A stretch of DNA of 63,988 bases, counting the filler, from Octopus bimaculoides (Eukaryota), in the NCBI RefSeq assembly GCF_001194135.2. It is 6 parts of 6 records of this genome, joined end to end, with 100 filler letters (N's around TTAATTAATTAA, not from the genome) between each part and the next. Parts side by side here need not be neighbours in the genome. Positions count along the whole stretch, not along the records: positions 60,534 to 62,590 come from NW_026385659.1; positions 62,691 to 63,988 come from NW_026375401.1; 4 more parts are not named here. The stretch is one strand, 5' to 3'. Shown one piece after another: positions 61,364 to 63,988 of the stretch. Every line of letters starts with the position of its first letter. Positions within the stretch are counted from its first letter, which is position 1. The translations under genes were made by a program, and so were the position numbers. The notes under the pieces were generated by a model. The model searched no databases and was not told where the DNA came from. It saw nothing but the letters and a program-made list of their open reading frames with translations.

Positions 61364-62590
61364 TGACACTTATGCGGAAGTTATTGACTGGAATACTCGC
61401 AGAGTCAATGTACGAACGTCTAGAAAAAAGTGGAGTCCTGCCACATGAGCAGAAGAGTTGCAAGTGTAAGTGCAGAGGTACCAAAGATCAACTCCTGATA
61501 GATAAAACTGTACTTAGAGACTGCAAGAGGACGAAAAGTGACTTAGCCAGATCATGTATCGACTATCATAAGGCGTACGATATGATCCCACATTCTTGGA
61601 TTATAGAGCGTATGAATCTGTTTGCAACGAATATTCAGCGATTGCTTGGAAAAAGTATGGCGAATTGGAGGACGGACCTGACTGCATACGGAAGATTTTA
61701 GGGACAGTAGAAATTAGGAGGGGCATCTTCCAAGAGGACTGCCTGTCCCCACTGATCTTTGTACTGTGCTTGATACCACTAACACTGACTCTGAGGAAAG
61801 CAAAAGCTGGGTATATATTCAAAACCGCCAACAAAAAGTCAACCATTTGTTATTCATGGATGACGACTAACTTTATGGTAAAGATGAAGCCCAAGTCAGC
61901 TCTGTCGTTGATACTGTGTATGCCGTCAGCGCTGATATAAGAATGGAGTTCGGACTGAGAAAGTGTGGTGTTTAGTATTGAAGAGAAGCAAAATCAAATG
62001 TATGGACAGACTAACGATACCGTCGGGGGAGATTATGAAACAGATAGAAGAGACGGGCTATAAGTACTTGGGGATTCTGGAAATGGCTAAATTGTTGGAG
62101 AAAGAAATGAGAGAAAAATTTAAGGTGGAGTACTTGCGCAGACTGAGACTGATTCTGAAGTCGAAATTAAACGGACGGAATAAGATCGAAGCTATCAACA
62201 CCTGGGCGGTTTCACTCCTTAGATATGAAGCAGGAGTAATCGCATGGACAGTAGAAGAACTAAACAGCTTACACAGAAAGACAACGAAGTTGCTAACTAG
62301 ATATGGATCACTCCACCCAAAAAGTGACACAGACGGACTGTATGTACCAAGACAAAGAGGAGTAAGAGGACGTATTGGATGCGAACACAGCATTAGAGCA
62401 GAAGAAAACAACATAGCATGGTATGTAAATAATGCAACAGAAAATGATATTACTAGAAGTAAGAAGGTCAAGCTTGTGTAGGATGAAACATTGCAAAGAT
62501 TAAGCACCATACAAGAAATTGAAAACGAATGAAACTAAAAATAGGGATGTTGAAGATAAGACAGACAGAGAGAAAAGATGGCTGTGGATG
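61363..62590 (+). mobile_element. R4/Dong-clade non-LTR retrotransposon, 5'-truncated at the (AAT)n array and cut at the 3' side by a scaffold joint
   Basis: [86 protein letters not shown] are motifs characteristic of R4/Dong RTs. Several frameshifts. Confidence 0.85.
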
Positions 62591-62690
62591 NNNNNNNNNN
62601 NNNNNNNNNNNNNNNNNNNNNNNNNNNNNNNNNNTTAATTAATTAANNNNNNNNNNNNNNNNNNNNNNNNNNNNNNNNNNNNNNNNNNNN

Positions 62691-62723
<33 letters not shown>

Positions 62724-63369
62724 TCATATATATATATATGAATATTATATATATATAAATATACATGATTGTATATATCATATACATATATATATATAAA
62801 CATGTATATAAATATTATATATATATATATGCGTGTGTGTGTATGTATGTGCATGTATCTATGTATGGGCGTATGCGTGTATTTATAGCGATGATATGTA
62901 TATCGGGTGTGTAGTGTTTCTAGATAATTAAGTATGTATATTTTTTACTACTATTTATAAAAACGATGTATATTGTTATTTAAACATACCAAAATGTATT
63001 TAAAAAACAAAGAAAAAGAAACAACTGATGTAAAATCAAATAAAATATTTAATTTATCATATACCCATGTGTCTTTCCTTTTTCAACCGGAGTATTCGTG
63101 TATCTACTATACAGCAGGACAATTATATATGTCCGTTTCAACTGGCACAAAGCGACATAACCTCACTGCTACACTTCACTTCTAGTTGAGAAGATTTTGC
63201 CGTCTGAGGTCCCTCCCTATTAACGTTGACGGTGATGGTACCACGTAACGAGCACTAGTGAAGATGTCGCGTAAAAAACACTGGTGAAAGTGCCACGTAA
63301 AACAAATACTGCTTTTAGTTCCACATATAAACACTGGTGAAGATGCCGTGTAAAATGCACTGATGATGG

Positions 63370-63490
63370 TGTGCCGTGGTAAGAAGGCACCTTGGGCAAA
63401 TGTCTTCTACTATAGACTCGGGCCGATCAAAGCCTTGTGAGTGGATTTGGTAGACGGAAACTGAAACAAACCCGTCGTATATACATACAT
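63370..63490 (+). mobile_element. SINE family A core fragment
   Basis: ggcaccttgggcaaatgtcttctactatagactcgggccgatcaaagccttgtgagtggatttggtagacggaaactgaa. Confidence 0.75.
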
Positions 63491-63803
63491 AGAGTTGTGG
63501 TTCATAACAAGCTGAAGCTCATGACGTATGCAGAAACGAGTACAAGACAGCTGCGCTAATCTTCAGTCCTTAGTTTTCTCCACGAAGCTTACATTGTCGC
63601 AAGAAGTAAACAAAACAATTACGAAGAATGCATTTACCCTCGCCTACGGAAGGATTCTATTTACCGTCTGTTATGAACCTTGACCTAGCTTCACCGATTT
63701 AACTGGAAGGCGGCGACAAGCAGCTTCAATAGGAAACACCTCGTGTGTCATCCCTTAAGAAGTATCTCGTCCTCAAAGATTTAATATTTAGTCTTCTTCA
63801 GAT

Positions 63804-63988
63804 CAGGAGTTCTCAATCATTTTTTAAAATCTATGGACCCCCTTTGAGTTCTATTATATTCTAGTGGACCCCCACAGCCATTTGATGTTGAAAATCTAGT
63901 TTTATAGAAACCTTTTTCAAAATTCCTATTTCGTTTTTCACACATTAACTTGTGTCGGTTGAACTATGGAAAATGTTAGAGAAAGAAA
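63804..63988. mobile_element. Possible hAT-type MITE left end (runs off the window)
   Basis: Starts CAGGAGTTCTCAATC.TTTT, similar to hAT/Charlie-type CAGGGGTTCTCAA termini, followed by repeated tggacccc motifs. The other end is not visible. Confidence 0.45.

Noticed and set aside
61081-61484. Poly-L, poly-Y and poly-I ORFs
   Set aside because: These are frames of the (AAT)n array.
1-63988. Prokaryotic or viral systems (CRISPR, operons, endogenous virus)
   Set aside because: There are no regularly spaced repeat-spacer arrays and no gene-dense segments; all long ORFs are explained by eukaryotic transposons, spliced exons or low complexity.

Overview
Repeat-rich animal (eukaryotic) genomic DNA from a gapped draft assembly, with no prokaryotic features and no CRISPR or rRNA. 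The SINE/LINE/microsatellite make-up resembles what I associate with octopod cephalopods; this is an inference I cannot verify. Two host genes are visible, each only in part. (1) Three spliced + strand exons of a Crk/CrkL-family adaptor: the SH2 domain at 4833-4955 and 5350-5503, and a 45-nt exon starting the first SH3 at 20836-20880. (2) The first coding exon of FoxO on the - strand (40412-40017), with the RxRxxT AKT site and the N-terminal half of the forkhead domain. The genes converge, but I found neither 3' half, and they are separated by an artificial 44N-TTAATTAATTAA-44N scaffold joint (five such joints occur in the window). The rest is decayed or partly intact mobile DNA: RTE LINEs, an R4/Dong-type LINE abutting (AAT)n, a Tx1/L1 fragment, a Gypsy integrase end, a terminally intact piggyBac plus TTAA MITEs, Tc1/mariner relics and many tRNA-derived SINEs. 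The most interesting observations are (a) several type I hammerhead-ribozyme folds in short Penelope/retrozyme-like repeats, one antisense-strand copy with extensive pairing at ~58.0 kb and one in the sense strand of the putative FoxO intron at ~26.8 kb, and (b) a C4HC3 PHD-type finger inserted inside the reverse-transcriptase region of one RTE family.
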